A DNA stretch of 64,000 nucleotides from the human T2T-CHM13v2.0 reference genome, Homo sapiens. The position numbers were made by a program, and so were the translations under genes. Below the pieces are notes generated by a model that made no database searches, was not told where the DNA came from, and saw only the letters and a list, made by a program, of their open reading frames with translations. The DNA lies in assembly GCF_009914755.1 (NCBI RefSeq), contig NC_060928.1; one strand, given 5' to 3'. This document shows, piece by piece, positions 1-15,936 of the stretch; the stretch's first letter is position 1, and every line of letters starts with the position of its first letter.

Positions 1-2069
1 TTCTGATTTTAAAAACCATTTTTGTATATGTGTGCCTTTATTAATTTCTGTTTTTTGATTCAACTCTTTCTGAAATTCATCTTCATAATATCTGTTTGGG
101 AAACATGGTGGAAAAATGAAAAAAAATGATAAAAGTACAACTGAACTTGAAATCAGATGACCTAGTCACTAGTTTGACATATCACTTAATCCCTCATAGT
201 CACTTTTGTAATTTGCGAGCTGGAAATTATGATAATTTTCTCATAGGGCTATGATGTAAACAAGGGGAAGGTTCTATATAAAGTCACTTAGCAGGAAATG
301 TAAGCAGTAACTCAAAGAGAGGAGATAGTCTGATTTAATAAAAATGTATTACTTTGTACTTTCAAAGGGTAGGTATGGACATAAGGAAACTATTTCTGTC
401 CCATTTGGTATTTATTGCTTTGAACAGACACTGAATTTTAATTTATAGTAATTCTAGGAAGGGAAGATAAGTTCTGTAGAAATTACATAAATAAAGTGGC
501 CTCATTGGCCTTTCTCATTTTGGTCATTATTTAGGATCACTCACATATAGTAAAATGCTGACTAAATCCTCTTGACCCACAGAAAAAAATTCAGTAAAAC
601 TTCCTTAATTTGAATTAGTTAATTCATTGATCTTTGATAGTAAAATTGGTATAAAATGATAAAGATTGGGTGCTATATATTTAATTAATATCTGACATAT
701 TCCATTATCCCATAATCATTTTAGTAGCATTTCATCAGAACATGCAAATGTCTGGCAAAACAAGCATCCTCCTACTATATTTCCTGCTTGATTTTTGTTT
801 TTACTCAGTATAAATTTCTTGAGATCCTACCACATGTTAGCATTTGATTCAACAAAATTGTTACGAATTATTTCTTTATCACTTGAAATTAAATAAAACC
901 ACATGTAATTATTGTTTTGATGTCAATCTGGATATTCTAATCACTTTTAGAAATCTGGTAGAGAAATTGAAACAGAACTACAAGAGGCAAGGTTTCATGT
1001 TCTTTAGAAAAAGGTGACATATTGCTTCTTGATTATGTAGCCATTGAGATTGCAGTGTATTTAACTTGAAAATAACTTGTAAAATGTAATTGGTTTTTCA
1101 TCTGAACTCCTATGAACTTAGACTTAATGTCTAAGAAAATCACACCCTGTTGAGGTCTAGACTTTCTGTGGCAACTTCAGCAGATGTGCACCAGTAGAGG
1201 TAAAAATAACACCTTGGAAGTCAGCAGCATTGATGAAAAGAAGCCAGCTGACTGATTGCACAAGTCTCTGAGTCTCTGAACTAAGTGATGAAAACATATG
1301 CCACATATTGAATGGAATGTTATGATATAATGAAGAGTTCCAGATATGAGGCACATTTAAACTTTAGTGAAATGAATAAAATGGATGTTCTGATGTATCC
1401 AAAGTCTCTTTATAACCAAAAATATTCTATCAGATTGAACTCAGGTCATTGTTTCTCACTGTTTCAAGGCACAGGATATAAAAATAGTTTGCTAAGTCTT
1501 AGCTCAGAACCTTATATTTCACAGTGATATATTCTGGTAGTATTTTCTCATCTTGGAATGAATTTAAAGAGTAGCAATCCAATCATGTTTCCCACTTTAA
1601 CAACAAAGGAAGTATCTTTAAATTTTATCAAAGGCAGAAATAGTTCAGAGTTTAATAATCCTGTGATTTTAAACAAAGCTTCAATAGATAGACAGTAGCT
1701 GAGGGAATGCAACTTCTAATAATGGTTTTCACCATGGCCAGACATTAGGATCATCTGGTTAATGTGAGAGAGAAAAAGCAGCTCAGGCCTCTCTCATGCT
1801 AATTGTATCTATACTTTTAAAATCACTGCAGGTGATTCTCATAGATATCCAGTGTTAAGAACTCCTTCTATATTGGAATCAAAGGAGATCTCAGGAGTAC
1901 ATGTGTTGTGAAGACTTATTTGATCTTCAACTTTAGACTCTGACAGGGTACTATTCCTAATGTTTAAAAAAACAATGAGATGATAAGCCAGACACACCTA
2001 CTAATGTCAATAAAATAGCCAAAGGCATGAATGAGTGGGGTACCGGACATGAGCCAGATATCTAAATCC

Positions 2070-2255
2070 GAGTGTCTCGAATTTGTCACTACTGAACTTG
2101 AGGCCAGATCATTCTTTGTTAAGGGGACTGTCCTGTATAATATAGGACATTTAACAATATCCCTGGCCTCTAACCACTAGATGTCAGATGTCGGTTGTGC
2201 AATCAAAATGTCTCAATTTTCCTGAGGGGAAAATAGCTCTTGGCTATAAACCACA
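2070..2255. mobile_element. MER20-like hAT DNA transposon relic
   Basis: Recognisable 'ggccagatcattctttgt..ggggactgtcctgt..taggacatttaacaatatccctggcctctaaccactagatg' pattern. Confidence 0.7.
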
Positions 2256-2524
2256 ACACTAAGGCAGGAGAACACCAAGTCAAAGGGAAGAAAATGAACA
2301 CCTGAACATACTATCACTACAACTGCAAAGGGAAAAAACATTACAATCAAGTAGGCTCTGGAAATTACACAGTGTATAGCTTAATGCAGAGAAAATTACT
2401 AAATCGTTATGTAAATTACTCAAAAATATGCAGTCATCATCATCATCATCGTTGTCAGCATTATAGCCCAAAACTACCTATGCTCAAGTTGTGATCGGAA
2501 AATTCTTTTTAAGTGATTTGTTAC

Positions 2525-3175
2525 GCTTATAACAACTTTATTCAAAATTGCCCAAACTTGGAAGAAGCCAAAATGTCCTTCAGTAGATAAACAGATATAT
2601 AAACCCCAGCACATCTAGATAAACGATGGTATATTAATCAGCACTAAAAAGAAATGAGCTATCAAGCTATGAAAAGACATGCAGAAATTTTAAATGCATA
2701 TGACTGAAAAAAAAAAAACAATCTGAAAAGGTCATTCACTTACTGTGTAGTTTCAGCTCTATGACATTCTGGAAAAAGAAAAAGTATGGAGACAGTAAAA
2801 AGATCAGTGGTTGCCAAGTGTAGGGGGGGTGAGAGGGCTGAATAGGTGGAGCACAGAGGATTTGTAGAACCGTGAAACTATTCTGTATGAAAGTATAATG
2901 GTGGATACGTGTCATTATACATTTGGCAAAACCCAAAGAATGTGCAACACCCAGAGAAAATCCTCATCTAAATTGTAGACTTTGGGCAATTGTGATGTGT
3001 CAATGTAGATACATCAATTGTAAATGTGCCATTCTGGTGGTGGTGAGGTAGTGATAACGGGAGTCTATCCACTTGCTGGGGAGGGGGCTATGTAAGAAAT
3101 CCCTGTACTTTCTCCTCAATTTTGCTGTGAAACCTAAAACGGTTCTAAAATATAAAATCTATTTATATAACAAAA
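2525..3175 (+). mobile_element. L1MC-type LINE-1 3' end
   Basis: 'gcactaaaaagaaatgagctatcaagc...ggagacagtaaaaagatcagtggttgcc...tttgctgtgaaacctaaaac' L1MC 3'UTR motifs. Confidence 0.8.
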
Positions 3176-3493
3176 AATGATTTGAGGAATTTATTCATGA
3201 GCATATGTGAAATGTTAATACGATCTAAGTGTTCACTGTGTGGTTTGGTTCATAAAAATCACCAGTGTCACTGTGAAATGATTAAATACTTCAATCTCAA
3301 TTGGCAAGGATGATTTCATCAGAATAAAATGATCTGTGAAACAGTCTGGTTTCCTACACTGAGCTACAGAGATAAAGCTACAGAGAATCTTCAGGCAGTG
3401 AGTGTAAGGGCTGAAAATATGTTACCTTAGATATAGAGGAAGAAAATCTTAAATCCTGTCATATGAGATAAATTGTTTTTGTTTTTGTTTTCC

Positions 3494-3782
3494 TTTTTTT
3501 TTTTGAGACAAAGTCTCACTCTGTGGCCCAGGCTGGAGTGCAGTTGGCATGATCTCGGCTCACTGCAACCTCCTCCTCCCGGGTTCAAGCGACTCTTGCC
3601 TCAGCCTCTAGAGTAGCTGGGACTACAGGTGCACGCCGCAGCACATGGCTAATTTTTTGTGTAGTAGAGACGCGGTTTCACCATGTTGCCCAGGCTGGTC
3701 ACAAACTCCTGAGCTCAGGCAATCCGCCCACCTTGGCCTCCAAAAGTTCTGGGATTACAGGAGTAAGCCACTGCACTTGGCG
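3494..3782 (-). mobile_element. Alu (S/J class)
   Basis: poly-T followed by gagacaaagtctcactctgtggcccaggctggagtgcag...gggattacagg. Confidence 0.95.
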
Positions 3783-4520
3783 GAGATACCTTTTTTTAAA
3801 GAGTAAAATAAAAATAGCCCATTGAAATAACAAATACAGTATTACTATGTATTGTTACTTTGCAGAAGGTAAAAGAGTATTGAAAGTATTCAATGTCCTT
3901 TTTTAAAAATAGTTAAGAGAAAAATAACATAACCAAAACTGGATTATTATGTTCCATAAATTTATTTTTTAAATGGAACAGGTTTACATACTGTCTAAAG
4001 CCACAAAATGATAGTCATGAAAATTGCAATAGAAAGGCAAGCACACTCTTGATAAGTTTATCATGTCATATTATCCAGAGTTATTTTATTACCAGTTAAA
4101 ATTAATAGAAATCAGAGCATGAGCTCTTGTGCTTAGATGGGGAAATATATTCAACTTTCTGTCTGTTTTACTTACTGCTTATCTCTAAGGCTCAAAATAG
4201 TGCCTGGGACACAGTAGACACTCAACAAACATCTGTTGAATGAACAATAGTGTGAATGTAAGGTTTGTCTTGTGAGGAAATATATCTTACCATGTGTTTA
4301 TCATTATGATTTATTGGGTTTTGATACATTAACTGATAACTAAAAATAAAAATATGACAAATAAAAGGCAACTGTTCACAATAATACAGTATTGACGTTA
4401 AATGTCATTTTTAAACTGACAAATCTCAAGATTTTACAAGATGATGATTCCTCATTTGTTGGAAAACATGAGGACAAGTAAAAGATTTTGGGGGAGAGCA
4501 AAATTAAAAAAAAGTATATA

Positions 4521-4796
<276 letters not shown>

Positions 4797-5651
4797 GAAG
4801 TATATGGACATAAAAGTTGTCTACAACCAAGTATGGCACTAATGATAAATATATGAATTCATGTGTTGAAAATTTTAATATATTATGTGAAAAAATAGAA
4901 ACACTAGACATACTCTTGGCTTGTAAATATTTTCTTAGAAATATAATGCTGAATAAAGGAAATATGTTGCTAAAAAATAACAAAAATATTGCTGGAAAAA
5001 GTGTACACTAATATAATCACAATTTTTTAAAAAACACAAAAAGAAAGTGTTGCTATTACTTAATAAAACAGGGTAACCACGGGTGAGCTAAAACTACTCA
5101 AATTCCCCTGTTAACAAGGGTCTTGCTTCTTCTTCCTCAAATTAAAATTAACAAAAATTAGAATGAAGAAGCAAAAAAAATCAAGTAAACTGTCATTGAA
5201 TGCATATGCTGGTCTGATTTATGTGGAAGAAAAATTCTAGCTATGGCTATATTTTCTCACTTAGGTTGACAGTGTGACACTTTTTACTACCACCCCTGCA
5301 AGTAAGGTAATTCTGCCACTGATGAACAATTATTATGGACTTTTCTACCTTGGTTATTCTAACTTTCATTTTAAAATATTTGGCTAAGTAACCAAAAAAA
5401 TTAAGATATCAGATTTACATGCAAACCCTGAATACATTTAATTGTGCAATCAGTATATACTTGGTGTATACATAATAAATGTATATATAACTCTGATAAA
5501 AACACTAGAATGTTATCTTTCTAAGTCAGATGGAGAATTTAAACAATGTTGACACATTGAATATATCTCAATATCAAAGAAAAATATAATTTCATTAGAA
5601 GTGAGTGATAACCAGTATGCATTCCTTGACGGGCATTTAATTTCAGATGAA

Positions 5652-5854
5652 ATGGCGAAACCCCGTCTCTACTAAAAACATAAAAATTAGCCAGGTGTGG
5701 TGGCAGGGCTCCTGTAATTCCAGCTACTTGGGAGGCTGAGCCAGGAGAATTACTTGAACCCAGGAGGTGGAGGTTTCAGTGAGCTGAGATCACACCATTG
5801 CACTCCAGCCTGGATGACAGAGTGAGACTCTGTCTCAAAAAAAAAAAAAAAAAA
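5652..5854 (+). mobile_element. 5'-truncated Alu
   Basis: Starts at atggcgaaaccccgtctctactaaaa, complete right arm and poly-A. Confidence 0.93.
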
Positions 5855-6715
5855 GTCACTGAAAGTCACTGAGGATGTTAGTTTTCATTTTTAAACTTGA
5901 AAAGGAGCAATGAAGAAGGCCATGCTAAAATGTAATTATTGTTTTAAAGGTGTTTCCATTGTTTGAAAGCATATGATCCCTAAACCAGCATGTGAGTTTT
6001 TGCTCTTTAAATCAGCCCCTCCATTGTGACCTTCAGAAAGTTGCGCAAGACCAGAAAAAGTCTTGGAAATAAATATTGGTACATCTCTTCATATCATTGT
6101 CCTGGGATGAAGTGAGACATGTTTCAGACCATTGAGAATATGTCTGTTTTTCTACCAAATGACAACATACAGGACATAATTTATATGTGAAATTATAACA
6201 CAAAAATAGCTCTTAAAATTGATCATGTAAAGGAAATTATAAGCTTTATCAAAATCCAGGAGAACACCACATATATCATATACGTGTGTCAATCTGCTGA
6301 GAGATTATCATTGAGTCAGAACTTCAAATATTTAAAAATGTTAAAAAAATGCTACTTGAATACTTTTTGGCACATTCAATAGAAATAAAACAGAACTATA
6401 TAGACTGAAATGATAAATTTTTTAAAAAAAAATTACATCCAGGTTTGTGATAGGAAAAATTTTAAAGAACCACAGAAAGCAATTAAACAAAACAATGACA
6501 GGCATATTTAATATTATTATGATTGTCAATGGAATGAGGCATACCAAAGAAAATATCTAAATATATGCCACAGTGTGATTCTACCTCCCTGTATAATATA
6601 CTGGGGGTTTTGACGGAAGGGAGTGATTACAGGAGCACACCCTCTTGCCTGCATACCACCTCGCACACATTTTCAACTAGTGCTTCGCTTTCTTTCTCAC
6701 TTAAAACCATATTTA

Positions 6716-7032
<317 letters not shown>

Positions 7033-7489
7033 CACATTTAGCAGGTATTTAAATATTTAGGTTATTAGGTAAATATTAGGTAAATATTTAGACATTTACC
7101 TATCTAACAGGTAGGAAGAGCAATATACAGATATATATCTATAGATATAGATATATGGATAGATAGATATGAAAAACCCAAGAAGATTCTATCAGGATGA
7201 TTTCTAAATAGGGCACCCAAAATAGCAGCTAGAAAACAAATCATATTAACTTAGAAATGACATGGCCAAATTAAAATATAGAAAGTTTAAAAAAAAATCA
7301 CTGCTTATACAATTGGAAGCAAACATGGTAGTGAAATAACTATATATAAAATCATTAAGTAATAAGAACATAAGTGACAGAGTAAAAAATATAAATTTTC
7401 CCTACCTCAAACATTTTTCCTCTTCAATCCAGCCTTTACTTTTAATCAGAAGAATTTTTCTAAAGCGCAAAACTAATTACAATGTAGGA

Positions 7490-8925
<1,436 letters not shown>

Positions 8926-9189
8926 AACTAACTGCAATACTTTCTTCTTTATTATCTTGCATTGGTCTCATCCACTCAACAAATCATGTTCATATACTTC
9001 AAGATTTACATGACGCATCAGAGTTTTGCATCTACTTAACCTCTCCATCCTGATCTAGCACACGGATGACTGCAGTCCTCTATGTATTTCATTCTACTTC
9101 ACATCTTCCGGGTTACTTGTAGAAGTTCGTTCTATCCTCACAACCCAAGATCAAGAGCCCCTTTTACTCACTAATTTGTTAATAGAGTT

Positions 9190-9530
9190 ATACATCCTTT
9201 AAATAAAGGAATTCATTTTGAGAAATTCATCATTAGGCAATTTAGTCTTTGTACAAACATCCTAATATATACTTACACAAACCTAGATGTGTAGCCTACT
9301 ACAAACCTATGCTACATGGTATAGCCTATTGTTCTCAGGCCGTAAATCTACACAGCATGTTACTATACCAAATGCTGGAGGCAACTGTAACAGGATGGTA
9401 AGTATTTGTGTCTCTAAACATATCTAACCATAGAAAAAGTACAGTAAAAATATGGTATTGAAAGCCTACAGGACCACCCTCCGACACGTGGTTCAGCACT
9501 GATGAACACATTAGGGGGTGCATCACTGTA
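9190..9530 (+). mobile_element. Tigger3a/MER7-like TcMar DNA transposon relic
   Basis: 'acttacacaaacctagatg..tagcctactac..acct..gcta.atggtatagcctattg' and 'catagaaaaagtacagtaaaaatatggtatt'. Confidence 0.8.
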
Positions 9531-9896
9531 ATTAAAATGTCCTGTGTGCCCACAATGTGTACTGTACTAGGCCTTAGGTGTCTACTAGTCAACACTTCTT
9601 TATCACAGACTTTAATCCCTTCTCTCCGTGCAAACACTGTAAGCTATTTGCATGTTCATCAATATGTATAGCATGCATGTCTTCATGTACAAGTCTCCCA
9701 TGTATTCTGACTATACTAGGGACTCCCGAGGGATAGGGATTCTGTTTTGTTTCTTGATGAATCCTCATAACTCAGGATGACACATCAATCCGTGTAACAG
9801 ATCCTTAAAAAAAAATAAAATCGAGCCAGAGATTTTATTTTTTCAATTGAAAACAAAATTCAAATAAAGTCAAATTATATAAAAAATAAAAGCATT

Positions 9897-10202
<306 letters not shown>

Positions 10203-10305
10203 TTAGTAGAATATACATTTTTTCCAGCAAATATTACTGCAAAGGAAATTTCCATTTGGTGAGTACTAACAATATAATATAATTTTAATATCAGTGATAC
10301 TGTAA

Positions 10306-10620
<315 letters not shown>

Positions 10621-11659
10621 TGAGAAAAGTACTTTTGACCCGTGTTCCCAATACAATAATGCTAGTCTTACTAATTCTTCAGTGAACATTTAACTTTAAT
10701 ACCCTCAAAATACTTAGTTTCCCCATAAAGCAACCTTAAAATATAAACTATAGTAGTGGTTAATCTCAAAATGAGAAACAGAGATAAAGAAATGGAGTCT
10801 CAATATGTTGTGAAGCGATATCTTTTGTAAAATGTTATTGATTGAAAGGCAGAGTCAAAAAAAATGTAGCTCTTGAGTTTTTTCTGAAAATAATTTTTCA
10901 ATATCTTTGCATAAAGATTTTTCCCAGTACAGTAGGCATACGATTTCTGGTTGAAAAATAGAGGCACTCATCAACCTATCAGTTCTTTAAAAGACCATTA
11001 ATAGTCTGTGGTTATTATTTCATCCTTACTCTAGTGGTCTATTTTAATAATAACTATTACATGTTTGAAACTATCTGGCATACTGGAAGGGTAGTTGAGC
11101 TGGAATTAGCCAATTTTACAACCATATTTTCCTTGTCGAGTGTCACCTGAATGTGTAATATTGAGCTAATCACATTGACGACAACAGTTAATGTGAATGA
11201 ATGTATCCAGATTGTTACCTTGGGAGCCATCAAGTCTAAAAAGTTGAGGCTGAGCATTTGCTATCCTTGAGATTAATTCCTGGCTTTATTGCAAAATTTG
11301 ATTGAAAAACCTAAACCTGCAGATGCCTTCATTTAAACTATAGTATATTTGTAAGTAGAAATTAGAAATTCATACGTTATGGAGATATTTCCCTAAACTT
11401 TTTAGAGGGCATCACATTCTACAATTTAATTTTATATTAACAAAGTTAGAAACTTCAAGGTTTTAAGTATTCTGTAAAAACAAAATAGAGAGCCATAGAG
11501 TATTAACCTTCTATATACAGGATGTTTATCATAAAATAAATTCTTTATGTAATTATTTTTAGTAGAACTACTTTGTTTAGGAAAGCATGGGTCAGATAAT
11601 GTGTCATTTCATGTGTTTAGTTTTTCTTTTTCAGTAAAAGTATTTTAGACAGCCTTGAT

Positions 11660-12127
11660 ATGATGTGATGAGAAAGACACTTTATCTCTGTAACCTTCCT
11701 CCTCATAACTCAAAACCCCAATCTAATCATGAGAAAAACATCAAATTACAGCCAAAGTGCATTTACAAAATGTATTACTCAGCCAATACTCCTTAAAACT
11801 GCCAAGGCCTTTGAAAACAATGAAAGTCTTAGAAAATGTTGTAGTTCTTAGTAGTCTAAGGAGGGACAATTAAATGTAATATGGTATCCCGAATGGGATA
11901 CTGAAACAGGAGAAGAACATTTTACAAAAACTAAGGAAATCAGAAAGAAGCATGGACTTTTAGTTAACAATAGTGTATCACTATTGGTTCATTAATTGTA
12001 GCAAATATACCATATTAAAGTAGAGTGTCAGTCACAGGGCAGACTAGGTTTGGTATATATGGAACTGTACCGTCTTTACCTTTCTGTAAATCTAAAATTA
12101 TTCCAAAATAAAATGTTTATTTAAAAA
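11660..12127 (+). mobile_element. L1MC-type 3' end
   Basis: 'cccaatctaatcatgagaaaaacatca...atactccttaaaactgccaagg...ttctgtaaatctaaaattattccaaaataaaa'. Confidence 0.75.
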
Positions 12128-12919
12128 TTACTTTAGGATTATAAAAATGTAGGCAGTCACAAATTATATAACATTATATCCTAGAACAATCTGATAGGAG
12201 AATATACAAATTTTTTTTAAGTTTTGGCCAAAGAGTATATATCATGACTTGAATAATCTAAAAAATCAAAAACAAACAGATATAAACAAAATAAAATGTT
12301 GAACATTTTGAGAAGTTATTTTTATTTTAATTGAATTTCAGTCACAACTTATGGTGATCTGAGAAGCATCCACATGTTGCAAACTTTTTATCAATTTTCC
12401 ATTTCTGGCTGTTGTAAGTCTCTTGTATTTTAAAATCTAAACTAGATGCTTTACACAGTTTTCTATTTTATCAATGCCACCTTATGAGACTAGCAGAAAA
12501 TTTCTTTCAACTTTTACATTAGACATCAGAAAAAATAAGAACTTTATTTTTTCTTATTTATTTCTTCCTACAATTTATGTACTAGCATAGTTAATATCTC
12601 AACAGTTACACTGAGATTGGTCCACTGTCCTAGTATTTAGAGTTCAGTTCTGAAGCGATATACGAGATCTACTTCAGATACTTGCAGCAAATAAAATCCT
12701 GGCCCTTCTTCCTCAATGCCACGGTTTTTCAAACATTTTTTTAAAATATCACCCCTATGTTTGAAGGAGTCTACACCTCCTACACCCCACCCCCCAAATC
12801 TTCCTTGCTGAGAAACCAGTTAAAATCTGGAAAAAAAAAATGATGTTGTCTTAAGTTTCTAGAAAGAGGCAAGGCTTTGTTCTAGGAATTCTATTCCCGC
12901 AGTTTAGGATTCAAACGTT

Positions 12920-12921
<2 letters not shown>

Positions 12922-12962
<41 letters not shown>
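12922..12962. repeat. (TG)~20 microsatellite
   Basis: Directly visible. Confidence 0.97.
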
Positions 12963-12964
<2 letters not shown>

Positions 12965-13344
12965 ATTTTAAAAGGCATTAAAGTTTAGGGATAGTCTAGA
13001 ATGCAGAGTTTCTTTACAATACTTAGAAATTCATCTTAGGCCTCCTTAGAGCTAGTCATCAAAAAGTCTGTTAGTCACAGAAAAGCATCTTAGACTACCA
13101 AGTTCTCTCACATCCTGCAGAGCATTCTTGTATTTGTGAAAAGAGACAATTCGTTATTGTTGATAAAAGCAAAGATTAAAATGAGGACATCTCTGTAATG
13201 AAGGAGCTTTCCAATGACCAGTGAATGATCTTACTAAGATGCAAAACAGAAAATGACTGCTGAGTTATAAAAGACCCTCGTAAACAGATAACCATCCTAT
13301 TAAATGAACTCAAATAAACCATAAAATGGTAGGGAAGCCCTAAT

Positions 13345-13590
13345 CATGAGGTTAGCGGCATGGACTCTGTGCCAGATGCTTGAATTCAAATCTGGCTTCA
13401 TCACCCACCATGTACCCCAGGCAAGTCAGTCATCCTCTCCAGGAGGCAGCTTCTTCATCTCTGAAATGAGGATAATTCTAGTATCTACATGACATAGTTT
13501 ATCAGAGGATTCAGTGTCCTACAATTAAGCATAGTAGGTATAGTATGGGCATATATAAGTGCCTAACAAATATTTCCCATTATTATTACT
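13345..13590 (+). mobile_element. MIR SINE
   Basis: 'catggactctgtgccaga..ttgaattcaaatctggct...gcaagtca...cttcatctctgaaatgaggataat'. Confidence 0.75.
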
Positions 13591-13766
13591 AAACTTAGTA
13601 CTAAAATTTGATTTTAAGCTATGGAACGGAGCTGTGAGTTATACAGAATAGATTTTAAGATAATTATACAGAGTATGTCTTAAAAATACTAATCTAATAT
13701 GCTGTGGCCAAATCTACAAACACCTGAGGCTAATAAGACAGATGTTTTAAACTAAACAAATAGAAT

Positions 13767-14003
13767 AAGGGTTGAAAATCCTTTGTCTGAAATGCTTAGG
13801 GCCAGAAGTGTTTTGAATTTCAAATTTTTTTTAGGTTTTGTAATATTTGCATTAACTTACCAGTTGAACATCCCAAATCCAAATACCCCAAATCTGCAAT
13901 GCTCCAATGAACATTTCCTTTGAGCATCACGTTGACGCTCAAAAAGTTTCACATTTTGGAGCATTTCAGATTTGGGATTTTCAGATTAGGATATTCAACC
14001 TTT
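13767..14003. mobile_element. Tigger4a/MER46 (Zombi) DNA transposon relic
   Basis: Terminal inverted ends ggttgaaaatcc...ggatattcaacc and 'tgctccaatgaacatttcctttgagcatcacgttgacgctcaaaaagtttc'. Confidence 0.85.
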
Positions 14004-14101
14004 TATGTTTCTTTATCTCTGAAACAGGGTAACAATAGCAACTAGTTAATTTTGTTTCTTTAAAACTTATATATGGAAGAACATTACTGTTATCATAAGA
14101 C

Positions 14102-14558
14102 TGTTATGAGTTGAATTGTGTCCTCACAAAATTCATATGATGAAATTCTACCACCAGTGTCTCAGAGATTGACCTTATTGCTCTTTACTGAGTTGAAAAA
14201 GTAAAAAATTAGGTCACTAGGGTGGGCTCTATTCCCATATGACTGCTGTCCTTATAAAAAAAGGGGAAATTTGGACACAGCTTTTCAGGCAGGAAGAACA
14301 TCATATGAATGTGAAGGCAGTGATGGGTGAAACTTCTATAAACCACTGGATGCCAAAAATTACCAGCAGCCAACCAGAAGGTAGGGGAGAAACATGGAAC
14401 CGGGTGTTCTTTACAGCCCTCAGGAAAAAAAAAAAATCAACCCGGTGACACTTTGGTCTCAAACTTCTAGCTTCCTGAACTGTGAGACAATGAATTTCTG
14501 TTGTTTAGGCCATCCACTTTATAGCACTTTGTTGTGGTAGCCCTAGCAAACTAGTAAA
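14102..14558 (+). mobile_element. MLT1 (B/C-like) MaLR solo LTR
   Basis: tgttatgagttgaattgtgtcc...aaattcatatg...ttgttgtggtagccctagcaaacta. Confidence 0.85.
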
Positions 14559-15126
14559 CACACTTCCAAAAGTTATTATTGTTTTATTTAACTCTTAGAG
14601 CAGGTAGATTTATGGAAAATACATTTATTGAAAATTCCATAGAGTTTAGTACATTTGGGAAATCTATTACTTCGAAAGTGTTGCATTTAAAAATCTAAAT
14701 TTCAGAAGAAGTATAGATAAATTCTGAGATCCATAATGATGTCACAGTAGCAATCGGAAATTTGTAGAAATAAGAAAATTGGGGATGGGGGCAAAAAATA
14801 TCTCAAGATTTGAAAATGTGACACACTGAAGGTCTCCTAATTTGCAGCGGAATAAATATGTTTTGGCTTAAACTTTAATAAGAAAATATGGTTAAAGAAA
14901 ATAAATACTTCTACATTAAACTTAAAAAGGTCATGTTCAATGTAGTCAATAACATGTATTTGTACTCAATTTGGTGCCATTTAATATTTAAGGTAAATAA
15001 ATTTTGTTACTTAAAATACTTTAATAACTTTTCATATAATGTTTTAATAAAGTCGTTAATAATGATTTTCACCCTCAAAATTTAATATTGTGGTTTTACG
15101 TGCCTCAAATTCTGGATTTTGAATGA

Positions 15127-15589
<463 letters not shown>

Positions 15590-15905
15590 TGCTGCTTCAA
15601 AATTAATTGCATTTGTGCTGATATAATTTCAATTAGTAACCATTTACTTTTTATGCAGCAGAGAGAAACAGGGATAGAATAACAAATTTCTGTTAGTATT
15701 AACTAAGGAAGATTTTTATATACTTGTTGCAAAAAAAAAAAAATCCACCCTTTAGTATTATTCAGTGTTCCAACTAGAGCTGCACCGATATAGTACCTTC
15801 AAAAGCACAGACTCATTCACAGCTACGGAACACAGGCAAAACAGGTTAACAGGTTCACTTTGAACATAATAAAGTAGACCGTAAGATACAATCTGCCTAC
15901 AAACG

Positions 15906-15935
<30 letters not shown>

Positions 15936-15936
<1 letters not shown>

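Noticed and set aside
1191-1204. CTCF-like CCAGTAGAGG (also GCTGCCCCCAGT near 50153)
   Set aside because: Incomplete matches lacking key core positions.
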